From positions 1 to 64,000 of the forward strand of contig OX337237.1 in NCBI GenBank assembly GCA_946965045.2: a stretch of DNA of 64,000 bases, read 5' to 3'. Source of the DNA: Epithemia pelagica (Eukaryota; Protista; Bacillariophyta). Of the stretch, positions 32,674 to 42,780 are shown one piece after another; within the stretch, counting starts at the first letter, position 1, and each line of letters begins with the position of its first letter. The notes under the pieces were generated by a model. The model did not search any database. It saw only the letters and a program-made list of their open reading frames with translations, and was not told where the DNA came from. The position numbers and the translations under genes were made by a program.

Positions 32674-33987
32674 ATGTCCTCCTACGCAAGATCCCTCGAA
32701 GAAGTATTCAACAATGTGGAGAAGTCAATGGCAGACTCAGACGAGGAGCCTGACATCGAAGAGATAGAAACTCCAAAAGCTGTAACGCAGACAGCCACTT
32801 CAGTGACGTTGGATATGAACCAACCACAGCCAGTGACAAACAAAAGGCCCGCAGAGCCGGTGGCAAAGAGAGAATCTCCACGGCTCAAGATACAACGTCT
32901 ATTGGACGAGGCAAAACGGGCGAGACTACAAAAGACCAAGAAAGGCCCTCCTACAGCACCTCCTTCTCGTGCTCCACCGGTGCCTGTCAGTGCTTCCGCG
33001 GCAACAACAAACAAGTCGACAAAAGCCAAACAGTCAAAAGGCAATGGCGGAAAAGGCCGAACAAGGGGCAGGAATTTTACAAGCGATGAGACTTGGTATT
33101 TATTGAATCTCATTGCCACTGTTCGTCCGGGTGGTCAAAACGATTGGGACCGCATTACCGAAGCCTACAACGAGAAGTTTGGTAACAGTGATGGAGAGCG
33201 GCTACGCGACAGAGAGTCCCTCAAGCGTCACTTCAGTGCTCTCCACGGCAGGAAGATCCCTACTGGGGATCCTGACTGCCCCAAAGACGTTAAAGCTGCG
33301 AAGAGACTTGTTCGTTACATCGAATCGCGTTGCGATTCAGGCGAAGTTGGAGACGAGGAAAACTTCTTGGGTGAGGACCAGATTTTGTTGGACAACCAGG
33401 AAGAAACAGAAGATTATGCAGATGGAGACGTGGAAGACGATGCTTCTTTGGATGAAGAAGAAGCAGCAGCCCAAGAGGAACAAAAACAACCATCCAGCAA
33501 GAACCCACGAACTCCAAAAGAAACAAGCAAGCCTGCGGAGGGTTTGGCTCTGGATTTGGCTGAAAGACTGGAATCAAAACCGCTCCGGTCTGCCACAAAA
33601 GGCAGAAAGAAGGTAACAATCGAGGATCCCAAGAAGGACGACGGCGACATAATGAAATACCTTATTGTGTCGCAGCAGAACCGACAAAATGCAAAGGACA
33701 AGGAACGCCGTGAACGCCGTGAAAAGGAAGACCGCGACCGAGAGGAGCGCCGTGAAAGAGATGAGCGTCGCGAGCGACAAGAAGAACTTCGACAACAGCA
33801 AGCCATGCAACAATCCATGGCTATGCAGCAGTCTATGATGCAAATGATGATGGTGTTTGGACAGCGCCATCCGGTGCAGAACACCCAAACCGTTCAAAAT
33901 ACCCAGACTGTAACGGAAGACAACATTCCCAAAGGCAATAGCGACACCACTACAAAAGAAAACACTGACGAGAACACAAAGAACTAA
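32674..33987 (+). CDS. Myb/SANT-like (DUF6818-like) DNA-binding partner protein of the PHIS element
   Basis: RGRNFTSDETWYLLNLI...WDRITEAYN...RDRESLKRHF...KIPTGDPDCP is a typical Harbinger ORF2 Myb-like domain. An acidic stretch and a coiled-coil-like tail follow. Confidence 0.8.
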   Translation: MSSYARSLEEVFNNVEKSMADSDEEPDIEEIETPKAVTQTATSVTLDMNQPQPVTNKRPAEPVAKRESPRLKIQRLLDEAKRARLQKTKKGPPTAPPSRAPPVPVSASAATTNKSTKAKQSKGNGGKGRTRGRNFTSDETWYLLNLIATVRPGGQNDWDRITEAYNEKFGNSDGERLRDRESLKRHFSALHGRKIPTGDPDCPKDVKAAKRLVRYIESRCDSGEVGDEENFLGEDQILLDNQEETEDYADGDVEDDASLDEEEAAAQEEQKQPSSKNPRTPKETSKPAEGLALDLAERLESKPLRSATKGRKKVTIEDPKKDDGDIMKYLIVSQQNRQNAKDKERRERREKEDRDREERRERDERRERQEELRQQQAMQQSMAMQQSMMQMMMVFGQRHPVQNTQTVQNTQTVTEDNIPKGNSDTTTKENTDENTKN

Positions 33988-34015
33988 GTAGAATCATTTA
34001 ACTATAGTAAAGACT

Positions 34016-35194
34016 TCAATGCATGTAACCATGTATTTCTGTGGCGGCCAAACCAGGGTAGAACGTAGAGGAGATTTGGTTAAAGCCGACTGTAGAAGCA
34101 CGAAAATTGTAGAGCAAGACAATGAGAGAGACAATCACTTTTCTCTCACCAAATTCCTCGTACCGAAGACGGTCTTTCAAACGGGGAAAGGAGGCTTGAA
34201 GGCCTCGCATCCCCCACTTGGAAAGCTGTCGGACGGATGTGGCAGCCTTGTGAATCTCACTATCTCTCCGAACTCTTCCCTGTCGGTCTGTGTTTCTCTG
34301 GTATGACTTTAGGAGACTCTCTCGTGCCTCAGAGCCAAAAGCAGAATCAACCACAATTCTTGCTCCACCACAAGCTTGTTCTCGTGCGTTGATATGGTCT
34401 AGCTTCTCGTAGGTTTTCGAGTAGACGGCCATTGTGGAATCGTGCCAGGATCCGGGCGCATTGATATAGCTTGCCCGAATCCTGCCATCGGACGAGAACA
34501 CAAACAAGTTGGAAATGTAATGATCACATTTCCAACCGTTGTAGAACATGTTCTCGAGGTCCGGATTTGCCTCAATAAGCAGTTTTAGGCCGTCCATTGC
34601 TCCCCACACGTTGGTCAACACAGGGTACTTTTCGTTGATGACTCTTTTGAAAGTCGCCACTTCGTCACTTGTAGGCAACTTTACCATTGCGTCCGGATGA
34701 TCTTTTAGCACAGTGACTAAGACCCTTCGTCCGAATCTTAGCCATACAGAGACGGGGGTTGCAGTCATACCGAAGATGACCTGCAATGCTGTCGTCGCCC
34801 CCCTTGTCCGTGTCCAGGCTAGAACCAACGCTAGACAAATAGTTGTATTGATCAGCCTTTTCCTGCCAGTCCTCCCCGAACGTGGGAGTCGCCTCATACG
34901 GTAGGTGTTGCTTGCAGTTTGCGGATAGGGCGTCCACTTGTTGAACACAGGAGCAAATAGTTCAAGTAGTTTTTGGAAGGATGCATGATCAAAGCTACAT
35001 AATGCAATCAAGGCCGAGTCGTCTTTGCTATTAAACAAGCGGATGAATGCAGAACGTTTTGGATGCTGAAGTGCCAAACGGCCAATTCGTGCGGATGGAC
35101 GTCGTTTGAGTTGCTGCAACATGCGATGAAGTCGTCTCTGTTTCTTCCTGTGAAGGAGAAGCATAAGAAAGGCAGTTTCCTCATGTTCGTCCAT
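34016..35194 (-). CDS. Harbinger-type DDE transposase (DDE_Tnp_4-like), probably catalytically dead
   Basis: ATG at 35194; motifs WGAMDGLKL, YNGWKCDH, NAPGSWHDS and IVVDSAF. RQLSKWGMR has K where the third catalytic E is expected. Confidence 0.88.
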   Translation of the reverse strand: MDEHEETAFLMLLLHRKKQRRLHRMLQQLKRRPSARIGRLALQHPKRSAFIRLFNSKDDSALIALCSFDHASFQKLLELFAPVFNKWTPYPQTASNTYRMRRLPRSGRTGRKRLINTTICLALVLAWTRTRGATTALQVIFGMTATPVSVWLRFGRRVLVTVLKDHPDAMVKLPTSDEVATFKRVINEKYPVLTNVWGAMDGLKLLIEANPDLENMFYNGWKCDHYISNLFVFSSDGRIRASYINAPGSWHDSTMAVYSKTYEKLDHINAREQACGGARIVVDSAFGSEARESLLKSYQRNTDRQGRVRRDSEIHKAATSVRQLSKWGMRGLQASFPRLKDRLRYEEFGERKVIVSLIVLLYNFRASTVGFNQISSTFYPGLAATEIHGYMH

Positions 35195-37597
35195 TGTTTT
35201 GCCTAATAACAATTCTATGATCCTAGGACTAAAGCAATCTACATGAGGACGATGGTGGATGATGGTGGATGGAGGTGGAGGATTGTGGACGATTGTTGGA
35301 TGAATGTTGGATGTTGGATGGAGTTCATTGGGGGATAGATGGCATGAAAAAGGTGAAAATGGCGCGAAGCATGAATGTAGACCTTATGCCCTTAGTGTGC
35401 TGGCGTGCGCTTTGAGTCTTACTGGTTTAGGGCTATGACTTTCAGTACCAGTACGTCTTTTAAACTTAACCCCTATTTGTCCTAAATATGGTTTGAGATT
35501 TACGTCAGATTTACGAAAATACATTCAGTAGACACCCACTAGCTACGAGTAGTTCACATCCTTCCTACCTAAGGTAGATACGTATAAAGACTTCGTTCTT
35601 GTTATACTGTGTCACTTTCAGTCTATACTCTTTATTTTAAGCAACATCTTTCACCGGCGTCTCACAGTTCATAACAATAGGTATAAGACCAAAGAAAAGT
35701 ACTGCATTTTATCCATTGTCCATTGTCATTTCCTTTCCCGCACCAACCTTTGTTGTTTTGGTTATGCTCAATTCTCAATTGCGCCCTGATGATCGAGAAC
35801 TGTGAACTGTGAGCTGAGACCTAAGTCCTTTACTAATTTATGATTCATGAGGCCTTCTACTTGGTAGGCGTAATTATAGGTGCTAGTTGCCATTGTCCTT
35901 TCGTTTTTGTCCTTGGTCAATAGTTCTTTCGATCTATCGATATTCGATATAGGATGTAGTAGATGATGGTGGAGACAAATCACCAACCGTCAATCAGTTT
36001 CCTGCTCGGACCATGGCATATCTGAAATAGGAGTAAGAAGAAACCTTGTGAGAAGTTATAAAGCGAGAGAACCTTATTTATTAGTTATAGATATCGACAA
36101 TAGACAAGTCGGAAATCATTGGACAATTGAGAGCTGAGATTGAGAGCCGAGCAGCCGAGAGTCTATCATCTAGCTTTTCATATTATCTTGTCTACTATCA
36201 CCTATCACGCTCCACCCTCTCCCCTCTCCCCACTCGGTCCGCAGAAATCATTATTATAGTGTATCCCAGATGTAACATGGCATATTGCATATACATGGCA
36301 TATGGCGTATATCCTACATCCATTCCTAGTTCCTAGTTCTAGAGTTCCGACTGCTCCTATCTGTTAGCGGTAGTTCCCGCAACAACTTGTCTAGCGCTGA
36401 AGAGACGACAAGTAGAGCGCCAAAGGCACTCTGCACGTTTACGCTTGCCTTACTTACCGTATGTGCAGCAGAAAATCTCTGCTGGAGTTTCTCCAGCGCT
36501 GTATCCACGCGCCCGCTTCCCGCTTACCCTTACCGATTAAAGAGTGAACGACGAACGACGAACGACCTCTAACCCCTACAATTTCTAAATCGTACTGCAC
36601 TATAACTATCGACTTTAGAGGGGTGCATTGTGCATTGTGCATTCGCTGCTGTTTCTCCGATGTCCGAACTCTTCCATAGTGAGCAATGGGGACCCCTTAT
36701 GTAGGGGGTACGAATTGGGGACGATGGCCCCGAAATGGGAATTGGAATTAGGAATGGGTAGCATTCTTCCCGGTAGGCGCGGCGGCTGGAAGAATAGACT
36801 ACCGGTAGTCCCTTTTTTGTCCCTAGGGAAGAATGGAAATGCGAGCTCCCACCTCCCACAGACCGAAGTATTAACTCATACTCCTTGGAGTATGGAAGCA
36901 TGAAACTCAGACGTAGCAAGGCCATGATCTCTCCTCTCTGTTAGGGTCTACTAGGGTGAAGCTGTGACTAGGTGGTAGGTTGTCGAAAACTCGTAAAAAC
37001 TGAATAGCCTTGCTATGACACGATCGAATTCTGATTGTGCAACACAAAACTCGAGCACTTTATATTGAAAGCGGCCATATGACAATGATAGATCGATTTT
37101 TTCCTTGTTGTCCTCTGGTGGAGGCTGTGGGTACAGTCAGCTGCCTACCTACCGGTAGGTACCTACCTAGCCTAGAATTGAAAATCAATCCAGGGTGAAC
37201 GGGGAACGGGAAACGGGGGTGTGGGAGAGAGAGGGGAGTCGGAAGTCGGACAGCGGAAACAAGAAAAGGCGGAAAATGAACTGTGAATGATGAAGGATAA
37301 GCCTGTCGACAAAGTTCTGACTACTAAGTGGCTCTCTGGGACACCCGTGATTTTGGTTCCCACTAGAGAATTTTACCTATTCCGGCAACTGGGTAGCTAG
37401 GGCTGATCGCTGTTTTAGCTAGCTAGCTTTATTTTCTGTACTCTTATTATAGTAATGTAACGACACGTGCTTAAATCAAATAATTAAGTTAACAATTTGT
37501 TTTTCGATGTCGCAACTGAGTCGTGGATTGGGATAATCGCTAAATGTTTCGAGTTTGTGTCATGTCTTGTTTCGGGTTGGTCCCGTATTTAACGGCT

Positions 37598-37713
37598 GGT
37601 TTCGACTTTGTTTCGACTTTGTTTCGACTTTGTTTCGACCTTGTGTCGACTTTGTTTCGGCTTGTTTCGGTTGGTATCGACTTTGTTTCGACTTTGTTTC
37701 GGTTTGTTTCGAC
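37598..37713. repeat. Left subterminal array, ~10 copies of 11-bp TTTGTTTCGAC
   Basis: Tandem degenerate copies read directly from the sequence; no spacers between units. Confidence 0.9.
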
Positions 37714-37853
37714 CCATGATGGCGAACACAATAATCAACCATGGTCGCTCAATGTCGCTAATGGTGGCACGATGAGCGACTCGAGCGAGTGAGAGGGGAG
37801 ATTCTTGTTCACTGCAGGGACAGTCATAAAACAAAGCAACAGACAAGACAAAT

Positions 37854-38312
37854 ATGGTGGAGAAGAAATCGTCCAATCTTCCACCCATCAATGAAAGAAA
37901 GGGGGCAAGGATCAAGATTGTGCTGGGAGACTACAAGGGATTGCGAGCATGGGTGGACACGGCGAAGGAATGCACTCGCCTCTACACGTATGTGATCATC
38001 CAAGTGAAAACAAGTCCTACGGTTCTGAAGGCAACAAGGATTCTACACACAAGTTTTGTGATGGAGGCTGATGTCCAGCTCCCATCAAACAAGGAGGAGG
38101 CAATGCTTTTTGAGAATACAGACATTATGGAGATGTTCATGGTGCTCACAAGGAAAATGGCTGAGTTCGAGGAGATCTCAGGATCAGGAGAAGGAGGAAA
38201 ACGAGTTGCAACTCTGTTCTTGTCATACCTCAATAGAGCCATTGCTGCACAGAATGCCTTACCCAATGAAAAGGCCCGCTGGCGTCGCATCAAGTTCAAG
38301 GGACAGCATTAG
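37854..38312 (+). CDS. Transposon accessory ORF A, 152 aa, KOW-like motif
   Basis: ATG-initiated ORF inside the TIRs. KGARIKIVLGDYKGLRAWVD resembles the KOW consensus G..V.I..G.Y.G..G.V. Confidence 0.65.
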   Translation: MVEKKSSNLPPINERKGARIKIVLGDYKGLRAWVDTAKECTRLYTYVIIQVKTSPTVLKATRILHTSFVMEADVQLPSNKEEAMLFENTDIMEMFMVLTRKMAEFEEISGSGEGGKRVATLFLSYLNRAIAAQNALPNEKARWRRIKFKGQH

Positions 38313-38396
38313 CATACATGAATAACTAATAGGAGTAGTGCATTTCAAACAAAGAATTCGCTTTTACTATGTAGTCAATTACTAGGGGCGTACTGG

Positions 38397-39839
38397 TTAG
38401 TCTTCAAACATGCTCTTGGCCTCGGCCTCCTTCTTCTTCTCAGATTGCTTACCACCAATCTTTTTGCCTCCCTTGAGAGCAATGCGCCAAAACAGGGTCA
38501 TGGCCAGGATTTCTTTGCCGAAGAGGTTTTCTGGGTGGTCCTTCTTTAGCTTGAGAGGGTTCTTGGTGACTGGCACGATGTTATCGTCCAACGAGAAAAT
38601 CTTGTTCTCAAGCTGAACGCCGGGTGGGAAAACCATGATCCAGTAGGCACTAGCACGCCAGTGTTCTTTGGACTCTTCAATCGCAACCTCAGTCGCACTG
38701 TGTGCGTTGAAAGTTGCGTCACACTTGATCTTCGACTCCCTGCCAATCCCCGTATGGTAGCGCTCCGTATCACGAATCCAAAAATCTTGAGCGGGGCCCC
38801 TGAAACGGATGAGTCGTCCTCTCCACATCTCGTCGTAGTCGTCCGTTGGGATGTCCGCTTCCCAGTCGTTCATATCCGGGCAGGCAACGGGCCGGCGGAT
38901 GTGAAAACCGCTGCGAGTGAAAAATCCGTCTTGGTTGATATTTTCGACGAACTGGACATCGAACTCGCGGTGTCGCTCGGCCATCTTGTCTAGACAGATC
39001 GGAATCACCCATGGATTCTTGACTGTACCATTCTGGTTCACAAACCAGGCAGTGGGTACAAAGGCATGTGCCACGTTGGTACGGGCGGCCTGGGCAACAA
39101 GAGGAGAAAGGCGTCCGAAGCGATGCTGTTGTTGGCCAGGGTTAAAGCCACCAGCATGCGCAACAGGACGGGGTGGAGTGTGAAACATCCTCACAGCTTC
39201 TTGGTTTTGGGCCGCTGGGAGAGATGGGACGCTGGCCCTTGCAGCAGGCTTCCTGTCGTCGGCAAGAGAAACCTGGCCAAAGTCTGCTTCAAGCTGGTCC
39301 ACGTTGTCATTTGCAAAGGGATTTCCAATCCCAACCATCGCATATGGGTCTTCTTCTTCTTCGTCGGGAACGATGATCTCTTCATCAGAGGTGGACGGTG
39401 CGGTCGACGCGTTGTCGGAGAAGGCTGGTTTGTCGGGGTAGGCTGGTTTCTTGTTCATCTCTTCGAGGCTTTTGGGACCGGGTGTCACACCAATCTTTTT
39501 CAAGTATGCAATGTAGGCCCTGATTGAGCGGCCCTTGCACTTTGCCCAACGTTGCTGCACTTGCCTGCGAAGCACGGTTCCTTCGGCTCCAAATGTGGTC
39601 GGGTTGGCTGAACACAGTGCCCAGAGGTCGAATGATTCCCTTGTCTCCCCGGACAGTTCAAAGGCTTCAAGGAGGGTCTTGGTTTTCTCAGCACTCAATC
39701 CACCTGGCGCCGGCTTCTTTCGTTGCAAGGTTCCAATCGACGGTTGTTCTTGCTGATCTTGGGCCTCACTGTTGACAGAGTCAACAACCCAATCTTCCTC
39801 TTCGTTGATTTGCGAAAGTTCGTCTTGTGAGATCTCCAT
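38397..39839 (-). CDS. Transposon accessory ORF B, ~480 aa, possible N-terminal trihelix/Myb-like domain
   Basis: ATG at 39839 and a long uninterrupted ORF. A helical N-terminal block (KTLLEAFE...LWALC...LRRQVQQRWAKCK) is followed by an acidic linker and a globular C-terminal region. Confidence 0.7.
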   Translation of the reverse strand: MEISQDELSQINEEEDWVVDSVNSEAQDQQEQPSIGTLQRKKPAPGGLSAEKTKTLLEAFELSGETRESFDLWALCSANPTTFGAEGTVLRRQVQQRWAKCKGRSIRAYIAYLKKIGVTPGPKSLEEMNKKPAYPDKPAFSDNASTAPSTSDEEIIVPDEEEEDPYAMVGIGNPFANDNVDQLEADFGQVSLADDRKPAARASVPSLPAAQNQEAVRMFHTPPRPVAHAGGFNPGQQQHRFGRLSPLVAQAARTNVAHAFVPTAWFVNQNGTVKNPWVIPICLDKMAERHREFDVQFVENINQDGFFTRSGFHIRRPVACPDMNDWEADIPTDDYDEMWRGRLIRFRGPAQDFWIRDTERYHTGIGRESKIKCDATFNAHSATEVAIEESKEHWRASAYWIMVFPPGVQLENKIFSLDDNIVPVTKNPLKLKKDHPENLFGKEILAMTLFWRIALKGGKKIGGKQSEKKKEAEAKSMFED

Positions 39840-40263
39840 GTTTGTTTGTCGAATGGGCAAACGGAGAGAAAACAATCTCCTGGTGGGATCGAGCGAGTGA
39901 GTCGTCTACCTACCGAGATTGCCAATCCTGGTTTGGCATCTACATCAATGGATAACAAATAAACATTGTTTGATTGTCATGTGCATATGTAATAGGATGT
40001 CTATTTAGGCGCAGCCTTCTATGCTTGTGCTCACGAGTTGAGAACTCGTGAATCTGCAGGCGCATCATGTGTCTCTCCTACTTCCCACGGGTCCTAATCA
40101 TGGGGGTCCCCCGCCGTGTGAGACAGGCGTGGAGTTATTGAACACTTTTGTGACAGAAGACAGAAACCTACCTACTAGTGAGTGACCTTCCCGAGTGCCA
40201 ATAGAGTTCTTGTCCCCAAGAATCCATCATTGCATTCGTCACCACATTTTCAACAATCAAAGA

Positions 40264-41187
40264 ATGTTTCTTCAACCGTCGGAAGTCCTCGAAAGGGGCC
40301 TACGGCTTCTTCATGTGGATGATGCGGGCAAATTGACATTGGAACGACGACGACTCAAGTTTACGAAGCACTACGGGTCTCACCCGTTGGTGATTGCTGC
40401 GCAATGGTTCGACCTATGCCACGCAACAGACGACAATGGCGAGGAACTACTATCTACGAATGAAATCAAAAGAGGAGGATTCAAGATGTTCATGGTTGCA
40501 CACTTTTTCCTCTACAACTACACGAGAAATAGTGAGCAGCTCAGTGATCGCTTTGACATGTGTGAGTGCTATGCGAGAGGAGAGCATTTGTGGGGGTGGA
40601 TTCGAAATATTGCGTTTCTCCAGAAGAAGGTAATTTTCTGGCCGAGAATTCTTGACAGTCCCGAGTCTGAGGTTAATGTGTTGTCCGTGGATGGTGTCGA
40701 CAAAAAAGTTTTCGAGCGCAAGCACAAGACTCAAATGCTTCCGTTCGATCGTGGGAACTGCTCTCACAAGCATGCGCACGGTGCTCTGAAATATCAAATT
40801 GTTTTGGCGGCACATCGACCGAGGTGTGTTCACATATATGGCCCCGTGCGTGGGGGAATGGGGGACTTGGAGATGCTCGAACGGTCCGGCGTGTTGGAAC
40901 GACTCAAGCCAGGCAAATTGATTGTGGCTGATCGTGGGTACATTAAGAAGGAGTACAGTGGGAAAATATCCTGGCCTAATCCCCATGAAGATTCCAAACA
41001 AGCCAATAACCTCAAGAGCCGGATCCGTCTTCGGCATGAAAGTTTCAATGGAAAAATGGCTACTTTTGGATGCCTCAACCAGACATGGAGGCATTCGGAC
41101 GAGAAACACGGCATAGCATTTCGTGCAGTCGCTGTGACAGTTCAGTATGCACTTGACAATGGCACAAGTCTCCTATTTGAGCCGTAG
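40264..41187 (+). CDS. DDE_Tnp_4-like (PHIS) transposase with intact D-D-E triad
   Basis: First ATG at 40264; motifs VLSVDGVD, SHKH...LKYQI, IVADRGY, RIRLRHESFNGKM and WRH. Confidence 0.88.
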   Translation: MFLQPSEVLERGLRLLHVDDAGKLTLERRRLKFTKHYGSHPLVIAAQWFDLCHATDDNGEELLSTNEIKRGGFKMFMVAHFFLYNYTRNSEQLSDRFDMCECYARGEHLWGWIRNIAFLQKKVIFWPRILDSPESEVNVLSVDGVDKKVFERKHKTQMLPFDRGNCSHKHAHGALKYQIVLAAHRPRCVHIYGPVRGGMGDLEMLERSGVLERLKPGKLIVADRGYIKKEYSGKISWPNPHEDSKQANNLKSRIRLRHESFNGKMATFGCLNQTWRHSDEKHGIAFRAVAVTVQYALDNGTSLLFEP

Positions 41188-41235
41188 ATTCATCCATAAA
41201 TTCAATGTAGTTGAGATTTGGTTTTCTACTATGTT

Positions 41236-41832
41236 TTACTTGTAGGCTAGGATGTGGTTTGCAAGTTCTCGGCGTCGCATCAATTCGTCCATTGGAGAGA
41301 CAGCAGGTAGATTGAGCTTCTGTTTGGCTTCCTCTTCCTTGAGCCGGAAGTAGTTGAAGTAGCGCACTCGTCTCACTTCTTGGTAGATTCGAAACTTGAA
41401 GATTTTTAGCTTGAATGCCATATAGGCGGGACGCGTCTTCCTCAGTGCCATGGGCGTCAATTTCAAGTGAACGCCATTGGCCACGTCCATCCGGAGAAGC
41501 TTCTTTGCTGGATGGACGTCGAAGACCAGCTCTCCACGGCAGTTCCGGTCCTTTCTTGGATGGACGTGACGGTCAACATGGTGCACCTTGTGGTCACGGT
41601 CCACCAATTCCTGCGCGTTGTTTGATTGCTTGCGGTGGTCCTTCAGTCGTTCCTTGAATTGATCGAAAGGAACATTCGCAAACTCGGGAAGCTTCTTGTA
41701 GAACACAAACAAGTGGTCAGCCGGAACTGCATCCATGCTGTGAAGGAGACCGCCTGGCTCAAGATCTCGAATAAGGACGGCTCGTGCTGCACTGCGACGC
41801 CAGTCAATCCACTCAGACCTTCGTGGCGGCAT
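41236..41832 (-). CDS. Transposon accessory ORF C, 198 aa, two internally repeated basic helical domains
   Basis: ATG at 41832. The two halves (WRRSAARAVLIRDL..G...PEF...F..RL and FDVHPAKKLLRMDV..G...PAY...F..RI) resemble each other. Confidence 0.7.
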   Translation of the reverse strand: MPPRRSEWIDWRRSAARAVLIRDLEPGGLLHSMDAVPADHLFVFYKKLPEFANVPFDQFKERLKDHRKQSNNAQELVDRDHKVHHVDRHVHPRKDRNCRGELVFDVHPAKKLLRMDVANGVHLKLTPMALRKTRPAYMAFKLKIFKFRIYQEVRRVRYFNYFRLKEEEAKQKLNLPAVSPMDELMRRRELANHILAYK

Positions 41833-41836
41833 GGCT

Positions 41837-42005
41837 TGGTTTCGACTTTGTTTCGAGTTTGTTTTGGTTTGTTTCGGCTTTGTTTCGACTTTGTTTCGGT
41901 TGGTTTCGGGTTGTTTCGACTTTGTTGCGACCTTGTTTCGACTTTGTTTCGACTTTGTTTCGACTTTGTTTCGACGTTGTGTCGTGGTTTCGACATTGTT
42001 TCGAG
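41837..42005. repeat. Right subterminal array, ~15 copies of 11-bp TTTGTTTCGAC
   Basis: Same unit and same strand as 37598-37713; starts immediately upstream of the ORF C start codon. Confidence 0.9.
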
Positions 42006-42431
42006 CCAGCAGGTCAAGGCTTTTTTTGGCGAAACCCTATATTAACGGTCATAATAAATGTTGGTCTTGAAGCAAGATCAAGTCTCATAAATACTTGTAA
42101 TCAACGGAAATCGAATTCTTAAGTACAATTCTCATTGTATTGTAGGTAGTCGCTGAAATCACACTGTACTGAATAGGAAGACTACTATGAAAGCGGAAAA
42201 GTCCATACCGCTACCAAAGTAGCGGGTGTCCCTGACATGCTTAGGAAAACGGTACTGAACGAGAATCCGTCATCCGTGCCAGCCTCGTGTCTTTTGTCTG
42301 ATTTCTCGGATGCTCTTTCACCTTTCACCTTTCACAGTACTCTCTACTATTACGTACGTATTACATTGGAAGTTGGAAGGATAAAGCTTTCTACGTTCGT
42401 CATAATAAAAGACTGATTCCATCGTCACCAG

Positions 42432-42780
42432 GGATATTTGAAAAATCCACTTTTCGAGAAATCAAGCTTGAAAGTTTTGCGCGGTATGCGCGCGATATAC
42501 CCCTATTGTCATTCACGTGCGCGACTGCAGTACCATTTTTACGTACCTTTCAGCACATCTCACATTAGGGTTTTGAATACTAAAATTTTGCCGGCCATAC
42601 TTTAGTCCAATATTTCAAAGTGTATATCTTAATTTGGCGAGGCATATATTGAACCAAGCGAAAGAGCATGCAAAGACGAGTTGATCTATGTAACGAACTC
42701 AAATTGGGACCCCTCTGAAATATCCGTGCCCATAAGATCTTATATGTATCATAATGGCCGCATGCAGCATCCAAGTATCC
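42432..42780. mobile_element. Possible MITE with CAG TSD
   Basis: GGATATTTG...CAAGTATCC (8 of 9 inverted match) with CAG on both sides. The match is short and could be chance. Confidence 0.35.

Larger units (their letters stand above)
32296..35540. mobile_element. PIF/Harbinger-superfamily (PHIS, Pangu-like) DNA transposon, 3245 bp
   Basis: Perfect 20-bp TIRs AGTGGGTGTCTACTGAATGT (32296-32315) and ACATTCAGTAGACACCCACT (35521-35540) enclose convergent Myb-like and DDE transposase ORFs. The TSD is unresolved. Confidence 0.9.
37339..42231. mobile_element. Four-ORF PHIS-superfamily DNA transposon, 4893 bp
   Basis: Imperfect 18-bp TIRs GGACACCCGtgAtTTTGG and CCAAAgTagCGGGTGTCC, with CTG on both outer sides (37336-37338, 42232-42234). 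It contains a DDE_Tnp_4-like transposase, three other ORFs and two subterminal 11-bp arrays. Confidence 0.8.

Noticed and set aside
35541-37330. Search for the missing 5' LTR of copia 2 or for a gene in this 1.8-kb gap
   Set aside because: I saw only short simple repeats and an 8-bp chance match (GACTACTA); there is no LTR copy or credible ORF.
37598-42005. CRISPR-like interpretation of the repeat arrays
   Set aside because: The units are contiguous 11-mers with no unique spacers, there are no cas genes, and the context is eukaryotic.
37540-42122. ORFs with VETKSKQSRNK or FDFVSTLFRLC repeats (37540..37792, 41626..42122 etc.)
   Set aside because: They are translations of the 11-bp DNA arrays in several frames, not plausible proteins.
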